Assembly (NCBI GenBank): GCA_034520965.1
Contig: JAXHMY010000002.1
Span: 448,001 to 512,000 of the forward strand
DNA from: Spirochaetia bacterium
GTDB taxonomy: Bacteria; Spirochaetota; Spirochaetia; DSM-16054; Sediminispirochaetaceae
DNA: 64,000 nucleotides
Reading direction: 5' to 3'
Every line of letters starts with the position of its first letter. The first letter of the stretch is position 1. This document shows, one piece after another, positions 46,588 to 56,342 of the stretch. Made by a program: the position numbers and the translations under genes. The notes below the pieces were generated by a model. That model did not search any database, was not told where the DNA came from, and worked only from the letters and a program-made list of their open reading frames with translations.

Positions 46588-47307
46588 CTACCAGTTGTCG
46601 CTCATGTCATCGACATCGCGACTCTCTTCGGCAAAGAGATCGGTGGTAGCCCGCAGGCCGTCGAAATAGATGTAATAAGTACCGAAGGTCTCCTCCAGAT
46701 CCATATCTATACGAAAACCTTCAACCTGTATTCCCATCTTGTTGCTGTAGTGGTAATCCCGCTGTTTTATGTTGGTTGGGATAGTTGCAACCATTTTTTT
46801 CCAGCCGGTAAAGTTGAGCTTGCCCATGGTAACCTCGCCACTATTTCCGAACTGATCGCGGATAAGGACCTTCAGGGTATGCGGCGAATTTCGACCTACA
46901 ACCCATAAGGACAAGGTTTTGCTTATACCTTCGACCGGCAGTGGTCGTGAAGGGAGAATTGACACGTGGTGCAACCCCCGTTTGAAAAACTCGACCTTTG
47001 CACCCAGCACCTTATCATCGTCAAGATCAATACCAGCTTCCTGCTCCCCTTCTAAAGGCTCTTTGTCTAAAGGAGCACCTTGGAGGCTGCGGATGGTGAC
47101 GATTCCTTGATCATGGGGCATGGAGGCACCCCAAAAACCGGCGTCTTCAAACTTCGATATCGAAACAGTTCGCAGCATCTGCTGCGCCGAGTCTACTCCC
47201 AGCTGCTCAGGTTGTGGCTCGCCCACATCTTCGACCTGAGCGAAAAGAGATAGCGAACTTACGAATAGTAAAACGAAAAGTAGAATTATGCTCTTACGTG
47301 CTTTCAT
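46588..47307 (-). CDS. flaA: Flagellar filament outer-layer protein FlaA
   Basis: KVLGAKVEFFKRG...GKLNFTGWKKM...YYIYFDGL. Confidence 0.9.
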   Translation of the reverse strand: MKARKSIILLFVLLFVSSLSLFAQVEDVGEPQPEQLGVDSAQQMLRTVSISKFEDAGFWGASMPHDQGIVTIRSLQGAPLDKEPLEGEQEAGIDLDDDKVLGAKVEFFKRGLHHVSILPSRPLPVEGISKTLSLWVVGRNSPHTLKVLIRDQFGNSGEVTMGKLNFTGWKKMVATIPTNIKQRDYHYSNKMGIQVEGFRIDMDLEETFGTYYIYFDGLRATTDLFAEESRDVDDMSDNW

Positions 47308-47311
47308 CTGT

Positions 47312-48049
47312 TTACTCCCCTTCCGATTCCCAGATCTCTTGGACTCGTTCCGGCTGGGCAAGCTTGTCACCGTCGAACCGAGAAATGAAAACATCGGTCA
47401 ATACTTTTATTTGATCGATATACACATAACAGTTATGCACCCGTTCAGTCGGTTTTGTCCATAACACGATTTTATCCAGCTGCAGACCTGCTAAATATGG
47501 CGCATAGCTTTGTGACACCGGGATGTAAGAGGGAATATCTCTTCCCAGATTTTTCCACCCGACGTAGTTTAGGCTCCCCATATTTAGAGTGTGGACTACC
47601 CCGCGATAATCACGCAGGTGTATTTCCATATAATAATCGAAATCGGAGCCCCAGACCCAGAAATCAATTTGTTGTACCCGCCCCGGTATGGGAATAGGAT
47701 TGTGGACGGTTTCGCCTTCCTCATTCTCAGTCACCGGAATAAACTCGATGTTGTTATATCCCTGCCGGTCAAATTTGAAATGCGTCCCTAAAACTTCCCT
47801 CGCGTCATTTTCAGGATTTGCGCCAAACAACGCATCCGGCCAAGTTTGGGCATACGCCTTCTTGGGAAAGCCCTCTGTGATGAACTTGCTGCCGCGCACG
47901 AGCCAGTCTGTAGTTCGTGTATCAGGGTCAAATGACTCTAATATTCTCGATTCAAGGTTCATCGTCTTCTCATCGGCAACTAGCAGCGTTGGCGTAAGAA
48001 GCAGGAGAAGCATTAGAAGACACACTAAATGCAGGCTGCCTTGTCTCAT
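47312..48049 (-). CDS. flaA: Flagellar filament outer-layer protein FlaA (paralog)
   Basis: FDRQGYN...WVWGS...LRDYRG...GSLNYVGWKNL. Confidence 0.9.
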   Translation of the reverse strand: MRQGSLHLVCLLMLLLLLTPTLLVADEKTMNLESRILESFDPDTRTTDWLVRGSKFITEGFPKKAYAQTWPDALFGANPENDAREVLGTHFKFDRQGYNNIEFIPVTENEEGETVHNPIPIPGRVQQIDFWVWGSDFDYYMEIHLRDYRGVVHTLNMGSLNYVGWKNLGRDIPSYIPVSQSYAPYLAGLQLDKIVLWTKPTERVHNCYVYIDQIKVLTDVFISRFDGDKLAQPERVQEIWESEGE

Positions 48050-48307
48050 TTATAAACTCCTTTTTACTTCAGGCGTTACAAAAATAGTTGATTTTTGAAG
48101 CGCCAAGGCCTTTAGTATTTTTAATTATTTATCTAAAAAATAATTAAAAGTTCGACCCTATATTGAAGTTCTTTCAAAATGTCCATTTTGAAAGAACCTC
48201 ACTTACAATAATACACAACCGTAAGCACTTCGAATTATATTTCGTAGCCAAATGTTTGTCAAATCTTTTTCTAAAAAGACGTAACAAAGCACACTAAAAT
48301 TATTTTC

Positions 48308-49423
48308 TTACCTGAAAGCGAAGCGCAAAACGCCTGATCGAAACCTGTATCGGGTGAATTCGTCGCATGTTTCAGCAACTCGTTGAAAGTGGTTTTTATG
48401 TCGATACTTATCTGAGGCCTTTACTCCCGTGGGCCATCCGCTCAATGCTCCGTTTCCGAAGACCACCGCCCGGGCGCCGCGGTTTTCTATGCGTGTAAGC
48501 AACTCCTTAAGTGCTTCGGGCTCTCCATCCAGGATCACAAGCAAAGCTTCTGAAGTTATTTCGAGACTATTTCCTTCGCCCACCGAGCCGGTACTGTTCT
48601 GTCCGGTGCTGTTCAGCTCGTCTCTCCGCTGTTCGCTTATGTCTACCAATATGACTTCTTGGCTCGTCAGCTGAGCGGCGAGCTCCGTGTGTACTTCCAC
48701 AGCAAAGTCCTCCGAGAAGTGCCCATCCCGGCTCCAGACAAGCTGAATGGGCCGGCCATTGCTTTCTGTGGTGGATTCCGAGGAGGATTTTGAGGAGGAG
48801 ATGAGAGGCGCCAGCCCCTCGCCCATAGCCCGAGCTAATCGCTGCGGGTCTAAGTACAGCACTGTTAACCGAGAAGTCGCATCGGGAGATAGTTCGGATT
48901 GTGATTCGGATTGTGTTTCAGATTTTGATTCGGAAGGCAAAGTTGAGGTTAGAGCATTTTGACTGCCTATCTCCGACCCAGCCGCCGTTTCCCACACCAC
49001 AAGATTGCTCCCCGAACATGCCTGCAGCAGCGTGGCGGGCTCGATGAGCGAAGAGAGATACGGAGATAAAAGAAACCATGCCCCCCTCCGGGAGCGGCAT
49101 ATCGCCTCGAGTTCAGCCTGTCCGGCCTGTTCAAAGGGTATGCTTACAATTCTGGGTAGATAAAAGTGATTCAACAGGTTGATCTTCAGCTGCTCTGCGG
49201 TGTGCTCTGGTTCCAGATACGCCGACTTCCATACAGGGTCGGTCAGAATGACAACTTGTCGCTGCAGTGCCAAATACCAGGCTGTCCCGCTGAGAAGCAG
49301 GACTACTAGTATAATGACAAAAATAGTGCGTATTCGCCCTGCCGGCCGGTATGGATTCAGTCTTGACTCTGTTCTCTGCTGCCGATGTTCATGCTGTCTT
49401 TCATCTTGTCCTTTTGAATTCAT
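48308..49423 (-). CDS. Membrane-anchored hypothetical protein
   Basis: Long ORF with one N-terminal TM segment; the C-terminus may be frameshifted. Confidence 0.65.
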   Translation of the reverse strand: MNSKGQDERQHEHRQQRTESRLNPYRPAGRIRTIFVIILVVLLLSGTAWYLALQRQVVILTDPVWKSAYLEPEHTAEQLKINLLNHFYLPRIVSIPFEQAGQAELEAICRSRRGAWFLLSPYLSSLIEPATLLQACSGSNLVVWETAAGSEIGSQNALTSTLPSESKSETQSESQSELSPDATSRLTVLYLDPQRLARAMGEGLAPLISSSKSSSESTTESNGRPIQLVWSRDGHFSEDFAVEVHTELAAQLTSQEVILVDISEQRRDELNSTGQNSTGSVGEGNSLEITSEALLVILDGEPEALKELLTRIENRGARAVVFGNGALSGWPTGVKASDKYRHKNHFQRVAETCDEFTRYRFRSGVLRFAFR

Positions 49424-49492
49424 ACACTGCCCGTCTTGACCCCCCTCCAGGAGATCGTTAGAGTGTAGCATATAAAATGAAAGGAGAGGAGT

Positions 49493-50491
49493 ATGTATTC
49501 ATACAAAAGTCTCGGTCTTGTAAATACAAAGGACATGTTTCAAAAGGCAGTGAAAGGCGGCTACGCTATTCCTGCCTACAATTTTAACAACATGGAACAG
49601 CTGCAGGCGATTATTCAAGCCTGCGTGGAAACCAAATCACCGGTTATCTTGCAGGTATCGGCGGGCGCCCGTAAATATGCAAACCAGACCATGCTGCGTT
49701 TTATGGCCCAAGGCGCGGTTGAATATGCAAAAGAGTTGGGATACGAAATTCCCATCACCCTGCATCTTGACCACGGTGATTCCTTTGATATCTGTAAAGA
49801 TTGTATCGACAGCGGTTTTTCTTCCGTCATGATTGACGGTTCGCACCACTCTTATGAGGAAAATGTGAAGCTTACTAAACAGGTTGTTGACTACGCCCAT
49901 TCCCAGAATGATTATGTGACAGTCGAAGGTGAGCTGGGAGTATTGGCCGGTATTGAGGATGATGTGGTGGCTGAAGAATCGCACTACACCCAACCCGAAG
50001 AGGTTGAAGATTTTGTCAAAAAAACCGGTGTAGACAGCTTAGCTATTTCCATCGGAACCAGCCACGGGGCAAACAAGTTCACCCCCGATCAGTGCACCCG
50101 AAATGAAGAGGGTATTCTGATACCTCCCCCACTTCGCTTTGATATTCTGCAGGATATCGAGAAGATCCTTCCGGGATTCCCGATTGTTCTGCACGGTTCT
50201 TCCTCAGTTCCCGCTGAGTACGTGAATGTTATCAACAAATACGGCGGACAGATGAAGGATGCGGTAGGTATTCCTGAGGAACAGCTGCGAAAGGCAAGCA
50301 AATCGGCGGTCTGTAAGATCAATATTGACTCCGATGGTCGTCTGGCAATGACCGCAGCAATCCGCGAAGTAATGGCCAAAAAGCCTGAGGAATTCGACCC
50401 TCGAAAGTATCTCGGCCCCGGCCGTGATTCACTTAAAAAGTTGTATGCCCATAAAAACGAGAATGTGTTAGGTTCTGCCGGTCGCGCTTAA
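49493..50491 (+). CDS. fba: Fructose-1,6-bisphosphate aldolase class II
   Basis: LHLDHG, SVMIDGS, VEGELG, IGTSHG, VLHGSS, KINIDSD. Confidence 0.97.
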   Translation: MYSYKSLGLVNTKDMFQKAVKGGYAIPAYNFNNMEQLQAIIQACVETKSPVILQVSAGARKYANQTMLRFMAQGAVEYAKELGYEIPITLHLDHGDSFDICKDCIDSGFSSVMIDGSHHSYEENVKLTKQVVDYAHSQNDYVTVEGELGVLAGIEDDVVAEESHYTQPEEVEDFVKKTGVDSLAISIGTSHGANKFTPDQCTRNEEGILIPPPLRFDILQDIEKILPGFPIVLHGSSSVPAEYVNVINKYGGQMKDAVGIPEEQLRKASKSAVCKINIDSDGRLAMTAAIREVMAKKPEEFDPRKYLGPGRDSLKKLYAHKNENVLGSAGRA

Positions 50492-50627
50492 GCTGCTTAC
50501 ATCAGCGACTGCGTACATCAGCGATGAGGCGGCAGTAGAGTTTTAGTACCAGCTCGCGCAGCAGCCGCAGCAACCGGAGACCCAGTTGCTGCGGTGTTGG
50601 GTACTTTTATTGGATTCTAGGGAAATT

Positions 50628-51275
50628 CTAGGGAATGAGGCGTCGTTTAGTGAGGAACATTGCAAGGACCACACTGAGGACGATTAACAGAACTGCACAG
50701 GCCAACGCATAATACTCAAAACCTGTAATTTGTAACAAAGGAATGAGAGAGTACAGAATAGGCGGTACTGCTATTAGTGCCAGTAGCAGATAACGCTTCC
50801 AACCACCGGTTACAAAAAAGAAATACACAAGTGCCGATGCTATCCAGAATGCTAATAACAGCAACACGGGATAAGCAAACAGGTTGTAAGAATTTAACGT
50901 GGAGACATTTATAACCGCATGAAACACCCCAATAAAAGAGATATAGCCGGTGAAGAAAGCGGCTATGCTGATAAACAGTGGTTTTCCGTAACTTACACTT
51001 ATTTTACGCCTTTCCCAGACAAAAAAGAGGGCTAAAGCGGCTATAAAAAACAGCAAAAAATCGGTTATAAAGAACCGAGTATACAGGGCACCCTGCCTGT
51101 ACAGCACGGGATATATGTCTATAATGAGTAATATAGGCAGCACAGAAACAGCAAATGCTGCTATTCCACGTAAATAGGGACGCCAAAACTCAGGACCCTC
51201 ATAGTAGCCGGGATACATGTGTCTAAAATAGAGTAATGCTCCGGCGGGTATTGAAAAGATTAAGAATATTACCAT
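50628..51275 (-). CDS. Hypothetical membrane protein
   Basis: About seven hydrophobic segments. Confidence 0.75.
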   Translation of the reverse strand: MVIFLIFSIPAGALLYFRHMYPGYYEGPEFWRPYLRGIAAFAVSVLPILLIIDIYPVLYRQGALYTRFFITDFLLFFIAALALFFVWERRKISVSYGKPLFISIAAFFTGYISFIGVFHAVINVSTLNSYNLFAYPVLLLLAFWIASALVYFFFVTGGWKRYLLLALIAVPPILYSLIPLLQITGFEYYALACAVLLIVLSVVLAMFLTKRRLIP

Positions 51276-51338
51276 AGCAGCCCGAGAGTATCACTAACGC
51301 CGCTTTAGTGCAACTAGAACAGGCAATTGAAACATGAA

Positions 51339-51782
51339 CTATAGCAGTTGTTCAAGTTCGAATCGATCCTCAAGCAGGGCTATATGCCGTTTCTCCTCCT
51401 CATAGAGGCTGTGCAACAACTCCTTAAGCCGGAGCGATTTACATACAGCCTCGCTCTCATAGTAGAGCTGTCCCGTATATTTTCCCATCTCCAGCATATG
51501 TTCAAGATATTTCAGCCGAGGCAGCTGGGTGAGTTCTTCTAATGCTATGCTGATGTCGGATATGCGGCTCATTAAGTCCGCAATAGTCTGAGTGTGCGCC
51601 GAACAGCCTGAGAGCTCAGCAGCATGTTCATCAATAGTTTCCTGCTGCGATCGCTCCTGACTGTGCATTGAATTAAGAAACTTTCGCAATCCCTCGTCTT
51701 GTGCTGCAAGGGAGCAATGTTTATAGGCGTCCTGCAGGTAACTGTTGTGCTGTTTTAATAAAGAGTATAGATCCCGGCTCAT
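51339..51782 (-). CDS. Ferritin-like/rubrerythrin-fold helical protein
   Basis: Four-helix pattern with EEEKRH motif. Confidence 0.55.
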   Translation of the reverse strand: MSRDLYSLLKQHNSYLQDAYKHCSLAAQDEGLRKFLNSMHSQERSQQETIDEHAAELSGCSAHTQTIADLMSRISDISIALEELTQLPRLKYLEHMLEMGKYTGQLYYESEAVCKSLRLKELLHSLYEEEKRHIALLEDRFELEQLL

Positions 51783-51859
51783 AGTTTCACCTCTGCTTTA
51801 TAGTACTGTAGCTATTCTATCATAATATGGGTATTTCCATCACCCCGGGAATTCTATCT

Positions 51860-52000
51860 CAGCGATTCTCAATTTGGAAGTCAAAAGACTTCCAAATTGA
51901 GAATTCGCATCAATTTGTTTGCAAAATTTTATATATCTCAACTTTTGGAGGCATTCTCATTTTGGATAGTGTATTACACTATCCAAAATGAGAATAGCTG
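51860..52000. mobile_element. 141-bp MITE with 19-bp TIRs and 9-bp target-site duplication
   Basis: Left CAGCGATTCTCAATTTGGA, right (rc) CAGCTATTCTCATTTTGGA; flanked by ATTCTATCT at 51851-51859 and 52001-52009. Confidence 0.8.
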
Positions 52001-52132
52001 ATTCTATCTTATTTCGGCATAAAGTATGCTTTTAGCTGTATTTTTATTGGCTGCAACAGCTTGACCATTTGACCTTTTCTAAGCTGAATGCTATATTAAC
52101 AACCACTTTGACGTTCTCGATAAGGAGGAAGA

Positions 52133-52660
52133 TTGGCTGCAAAAGATTTAAGGATCAATAAGCAGATCCGGGTAAGAGAAGTTCGCGTAATCGATCATGA
52201 GGATAAGCAACTGGGGGTAATGCCCACTCCGCAAGCCATCGAACTTGCACAAGAGGTAGGTGCCGATTTAGTTGAAGTAGCGCCACAGGCTAATCCTCCG
52301 GTATGCAAAATACTAGATTACGGAAAATATAAGTTCGAGCTTGAGAAGAAGCGTAAAGAAGGTAAGAAAAAACAGAAACAGCTTAAGCTAAAAGAAATTA
52401 GAATGCAGCCAAAGATCGAGAAACATGATCTTGAGTTCAAAACTAAGCATGTAAGTGATTTTTTGGAAGAAGGAAACAAGGTAAAGGTAACCGTACGGTT
52501 TCGTGGCCGTGAAATGGCGCATACCGAGCTTGGACGAGATGTACTTATGCAGATACTCGCCAACCTTGACGAACTTGATACAAAATACAATGTCGACAGA
52601 AAGCCTCAAATGGAAGGTCGGTTCATGTCGATGATTCTTAGCCATAAAAGCAAGAAATAA
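52133..52660 (+). CDS. infC: Translation initiation factor IF-3
   Basis: [15 protein letters not shown]...[15 protein letters not shown] start after aggagg. Confidence 0.97.
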   Translation: MAAKDLRINKQIRVREVRVIDHEDKQLGVMPTPQAIELAQEVGADLVEVAPQANPPVCKILDYGKYKFELEKKRKEGKKKQKQLKLKEIRMQPKIEKHDLEFKTKHVSDFLEEGNKVKVTVRFRGREMAHTELGRDVLMQILANLDELDTKYNVDRKPQMEGRFMSMILSHKSKK

Positions 52661-52695
52661 AGACTAATACACTAGTAGAAGCGAGGAAAGATAGT

Positions 52696-52896
52696 ATGCC
52701 TAAAATGAAAACCAGAAAATCAGCAGCAAAGCGTCTGCGCGTAAGCTCAAACGGCAAAGTAAAATACAAGAAAATGGGGCTGCGACACATTCTGACAAAA
52801 AAGAGCACGAAACGGAAAAGAAACCTGCGGCAGGCAGGGATTCTGCATCCAACCGAAGAGAAAAAAGTACGAAAACTGCTGCCTTACAAGTTCTAA
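52696..52896 (+). CDS. rpmI: 50S ribosomal protein L35
   Basis: MPKMKTRKSAAKR...HILTKKSTKRKR. Confidence 0.97.
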   Translation: MPKMKTRKSAAKRLRVSSNGKVKYKKMGLRHILTKKSTKRKRNLRQAGILHPTEEKKVRKLLPYKF

Positions 52897-52945
52897 GGAA
52901 TCTATCCGGCAGCTACACACTGATAATTGATACAAGGAGATAGAT

Positions 52946-53305
52946 ATGCCACGCGCAACTGATGGAACACGTCGAAAAGATAGACGCAAAAAAATACTCG
53001 ATAAAGCAAAAGGCTATTGGGGCCGGCGCAGTACGAATTTTAGAACTGCTAAAGATGCAATCGCGAAAGCAGGGCAATATGCATACCGCGACCGTAAGCG
53101 CCGCAAACGCGATTTTCGCCGTTTGTGGATAACCAGAATTTCAGCTGCCTGCCGAGCCGAGGGTCTGAGTTACTCCCGCTTTATGAACGGGCTCGCAAAA
53201 GCTGAGATCGATATTAACCGAAAAGCTCTCTCCAATATGGCTATTGAGGATAAACCGGCTTTTTCCGAGCTGGTCGCCAAAGCCAAAACAGCGTTGGGAG
53301 ATTAA
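52946..53305 (+). CDS. rplT: 50S ribosomal protein L20
   Basis: AKGYWGRRS...YAYRDR...[11 protein letters not shown]. Confidence 0.97.
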   Translation: MPRATDGTRRKDRRKKILDKAKGYWGRRSTNFRTAKDAIAKAGQYAYRDRKRRKRDFRRLWITRISAACRAEGLSYSRFMNGLAKAEIDINRKALSNMAIEDKPAFSELVAKAKTALGD

Positions 53306-53308
53306 TGT

Positions 53309-53779
53309 ATGGTAACTATTGAGCAGATACGTCTTCTTGATAAAAAGGTTCATAGCGCTGTAGAGCGTATCGGCCTTCTTAAACAGGAGAATCAGTCGCT
53401 CAAGTCAAAGCTTGGAGATTACGAGAACCGAATATCCGAATTGGAGCGGCTCATTGATACCTTCAAGCAGGATCAGGGAGAAATTGAGCAGGGAATTACG
53501 AATGCATTGGACGAACTGAACCGGCTTGAAGATGATTTGGACGAACAAACACCAGATGAACAATCACCAGACGAACAACCGTCCACAAAAAGAGGTTCAT
53601 CCGATAATTCCGCTGCAAATGAAACAAGTTCCGCCCCCGGCGAGGACAGTGGTGATGCACAATCCCCTGTCCCCTCCCCGTCTATAGTACAAACTGAAGA
53701 AGAAGAAACACCTGATGCGGATTCAGAAGATTCTTCTAATGATGACGACTCCCGTACGGGGGAGCTGGACATTTTTTAG
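53309..53779 (+). CDS. zapB: ZapB-like coiled-coil cell-division protein
   Basis: N-terminal coiled coil, acidic tail ending ELDIF; upstream of zapA. Confidence 0.7.
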   Translation: MVTIEQIRLLDKKVHSAVERIGLLKQENQSLKSKLGDYENRISELERLIDTFKQDQGEIEQGITNALDELNRLEDDLDEQTPDEQSPDEQPSTKRGSSDNSAANETSSAPGEDSGDAQSPVPSPSIVQTEEEETPDADSEDSSNDDDSRTGELDIF

Positions 53780-53783
53780 TAAG

Positions 53784-54056
53784 ATGGAAGGTGATCCCGT
53801 TCGCATACATTTGCTCGGAACCAGTTTTACTATCAAAACCAATGAAAACCCGGAGTATGTACAACAACTGGTGCATAAGGTTGAAAAACAGTTCGAGCAA
53901 ATTCGCAGAAGTATGGGGGTTACTGATCCTTTACGGACTGCCATCATTTCAAGTATACTAACAGTAGATGAACTGCAGAGATTGCAGCAACAATCGGTTG
54001 AGGCTGAATCGGTCACTATGGACTTGATTGAACTCATCGATCGTACTATAGAGTGA
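53784..54056 (+). CDS. zapA: Cell division protein ZapA
   Basis: IHLLGTSFTIKTNENPEYV...DPLRTAIISSILTVDEL. Confidence 0.85.
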   Translation: MEGDPVRIHLLGTSFTIKTNENPEYVQQLVHKVEKQFEQIRRSMGVTDPLRTAIISSILTVDELQRLQQQSVEAESVTMDLIELIDRTIE

Positions 54057-54074
54057 TCTATAGTTAAAATACAG

Positions 54075-54260
54075 AAAAATGTTGCCTGCAGTGTACGGGA
54101 GGGGACATAGATCTCTTGGGTCAACCTTAAAAAACGGGATTCCTGATTTCAGGGTTGAATTGCTTGGCCGTACGCGGTCGAACAGGATGCTCTGATGCGG
54201 AAACCCACTTGAACCATAGAGTTCAAGAGATACGCCCCAAGCGGCACTGCGGGTTTTTTT
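54075..54260 (+). ncRNA. ssrS: 6S RNA
   Basis: ~185-nt element right after zapA (known synteny); closing stem CCTGCAGTG/CACTGCGGG; atctcttgg..caagagat pairing; CTTGAACC..GTTCAAG motif. Confidence 0.8.
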
Positions 54261-54290
54261 GTTCCTGGGTGTAGGTGAAAGGTTCATACA

Positions 54291-55115
54291 ATGCCGATAA
54301 TGACTAGTCAACAAATCAACAACTACTTTGACCATTTTAAAGATTCCGAAATAACCTTCACCAAAGAGGTCATCAGAGCCACCGGCTTACAACCGAAACT
54401 TGTATTTTTAAAGAGTGCCGGCTACCACATTCCGTGCATCGTTTACAGTGTCTCAATGACTTCCGCCAAGGTAATTGCGAATATTTCTTCAGACATCCAT
54501 GAGCAAATTCGAAGTGCGAACAACTTAGTGTCCCTGCGGTTTGCATTTCATGAAAATGATAAAATTGACCCACTTATGTTCTTTGTATCCGCCAGGGTGA
54601 CCGGCTACAATCCCTATAATTCGGAGAAGCCTAATTTAAATTTTATCGCTATAGAGTTCACTCAGCGTCCTCCGGACGACCTCATAGCGGTACTTGGACA
54701 AATTTTTGAAGCAAAGGCTATTTCACAAAAGCGGAAGGAAGAACGAATTATTATAAATGCCGACAGTGTGAAAAAACTCGGTATTAAAACTAAATCCGCC
54801 AATGTGTATATTCAGGGAGTACCGCGGACCTGTATTATCCGGGACCTTTCCTTTTCCGGAGCCAAGGTTATTTTGGCCGGCGTAGCGAAGTTTCTGCTTA
54901 ATAAAGAGGCGAGCGTACATATAGACACAATTGAGAAAGGGCAGATAGAGATACACGGAAAAATTGTGAGAAACGAAGAGGTTGAGGGACGTAAAGACTT
55001 AGTTGCGATTGCAATTTTCTTTGAACAAGAGACCACGCCCATTGAATACAAAATGACCCTCAATGAATATTTCAAACAAAAAAAGCACAAACCTTCAGAA
55101 CTAAACTCCGCATAA
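54291..55115 (+). CDS. PilZ-domain protein (spirochaete PlzA-like)
   Basis: RKEER (RxxxR) and DLSFSG (DxSxxG) c-di-GMP motifs. Confidence 0.88.
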   Translation: MPIMTSQQINNYFDHFKDSEITFTKEVIRATGLQPKLVFLKSAGYHIPCIVYSVSMTSAKVIANISSDIHEQIRSANNLVSLRFAFHENDKIDPLMFFVSARVTGYNPYNSEKPNLNFIAIEFTQRPPDDLIAVLGQIFEAKAISQKRKEERIIINADSVKKLGIKTKSANVYIQGVPRTCIIRDLSFSGAKVILAGVAKFLLNKEASVHIDTIEKGQIEIHGKIVRNEEVEGRKDLVAIAIFFEQETTPIEYKMTLNEYFKQKKHKPSELNSA

Positions 55116-55141
55116 TCAAACTCTCAATAAGGAATGAAAGA

Positions 55142-56287
55142 ATGAGTTCTCAAGAAAAACCACATATACCCTTTCCACCATCCGATACAACTGCGCTTGA
55201 AAATATTAATTATATATCTCTTCCGGATGATATCGAACGACAGATAGGAGACTTTGAAATAGATCCCTCGATCCCCTGCCGGTAGAAGTACCGCGGGGGA
55301 CTGAACAGCTGCTTGAGTCACTTTCATGGGAAATGATAGTAGCCGCGATGCTTAAGTTATTCGCCTATCAACCCGAACATCCGCACCTCGACTATTTCCG
55401 CCGTTTTATTCAGGAAATACAACCTGATATTGTACACGTGATGACCCAAACCGGTGTAATTAAAGCAAAGAACAAAGAGTTTGAACTCGCAGAGGAATTT
55501 CCGCTCTTTGGTCAATTTCGCCCCTGAGCAGGAGAGTAACTTTGTAAACCTGGCTTTGGTGTTTGAGGAAAAAGCAAAACAGCACCGCGAACGAGGAGAA
55601 GCCGAGGCGGAAGAGGAAAGTTTAGAACTGGCATTTGAGGCATATAAGCAAGGCGCGCTGTTTCATCCGGAGGCACCGGACCTGCACTTCAGTGCGGGAC
55701 ACTTCTTTCTGCAGCAGGGCAACATCCCGAAAATGAAAGAGCACTTTTCAACCTTTTTAGCCCATTCAGGAGGGGAAGAGGAGAAAGAGCAGCAGGTTCG
55801 CAAGGTTTTACATGAAATTGATAACAAACGGCAAGATGATTTGGTGTTTAACGAAGCCTTCGATTTCATTAAAATGGGCCAAGAAGAACGGGGGATTGAG
55901 CGTATACGCTACTTTCTCGACCGCAACCCGGAAGTGTGGAACGGGTGGTTTTTGCTGGGTTGGGCACTGCGTAAGAGCGGCCGCTACAGCGAGGCCAAAG
56001 AGTCTTTTTTTAAGACTATCGAACTCAATGAAAACCATCCGGATACCTTGAATGAACTGGCTATCTGTAATCTGGAGCTTGAGGAATATAAGGATGCCAA
56101 GCAGCACCTTGAAACGGCCCTGCGTCTCGAACCTGATAACACAAAGATCATCTCTAACCTGGGGATTTTAGCTCTAAAGCAGGGAGAACCGCAACTTGCC
56201 AGGCGTTTCTTTCTTACTGTTTTAGAGTTGGATCCGGAGGATCCCTTGGCCCGGCAATATATCGATAAGATCGATAAAGAATCATAA
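55142..56287 (+). CDS. Tetratricopeptide-repeat protein (frameshifted at the 5' end)
   Basis: WNGWFLLGWALR, TLNELAIC, ALRLEPDNTKIISNLG. Confidence 0.85.
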
Positions 56288-56342
56288 ACTGAGAATAGCT
56301 GAACTTGACAAAACCCCCCCATACACATAGGGTACTATTGAT

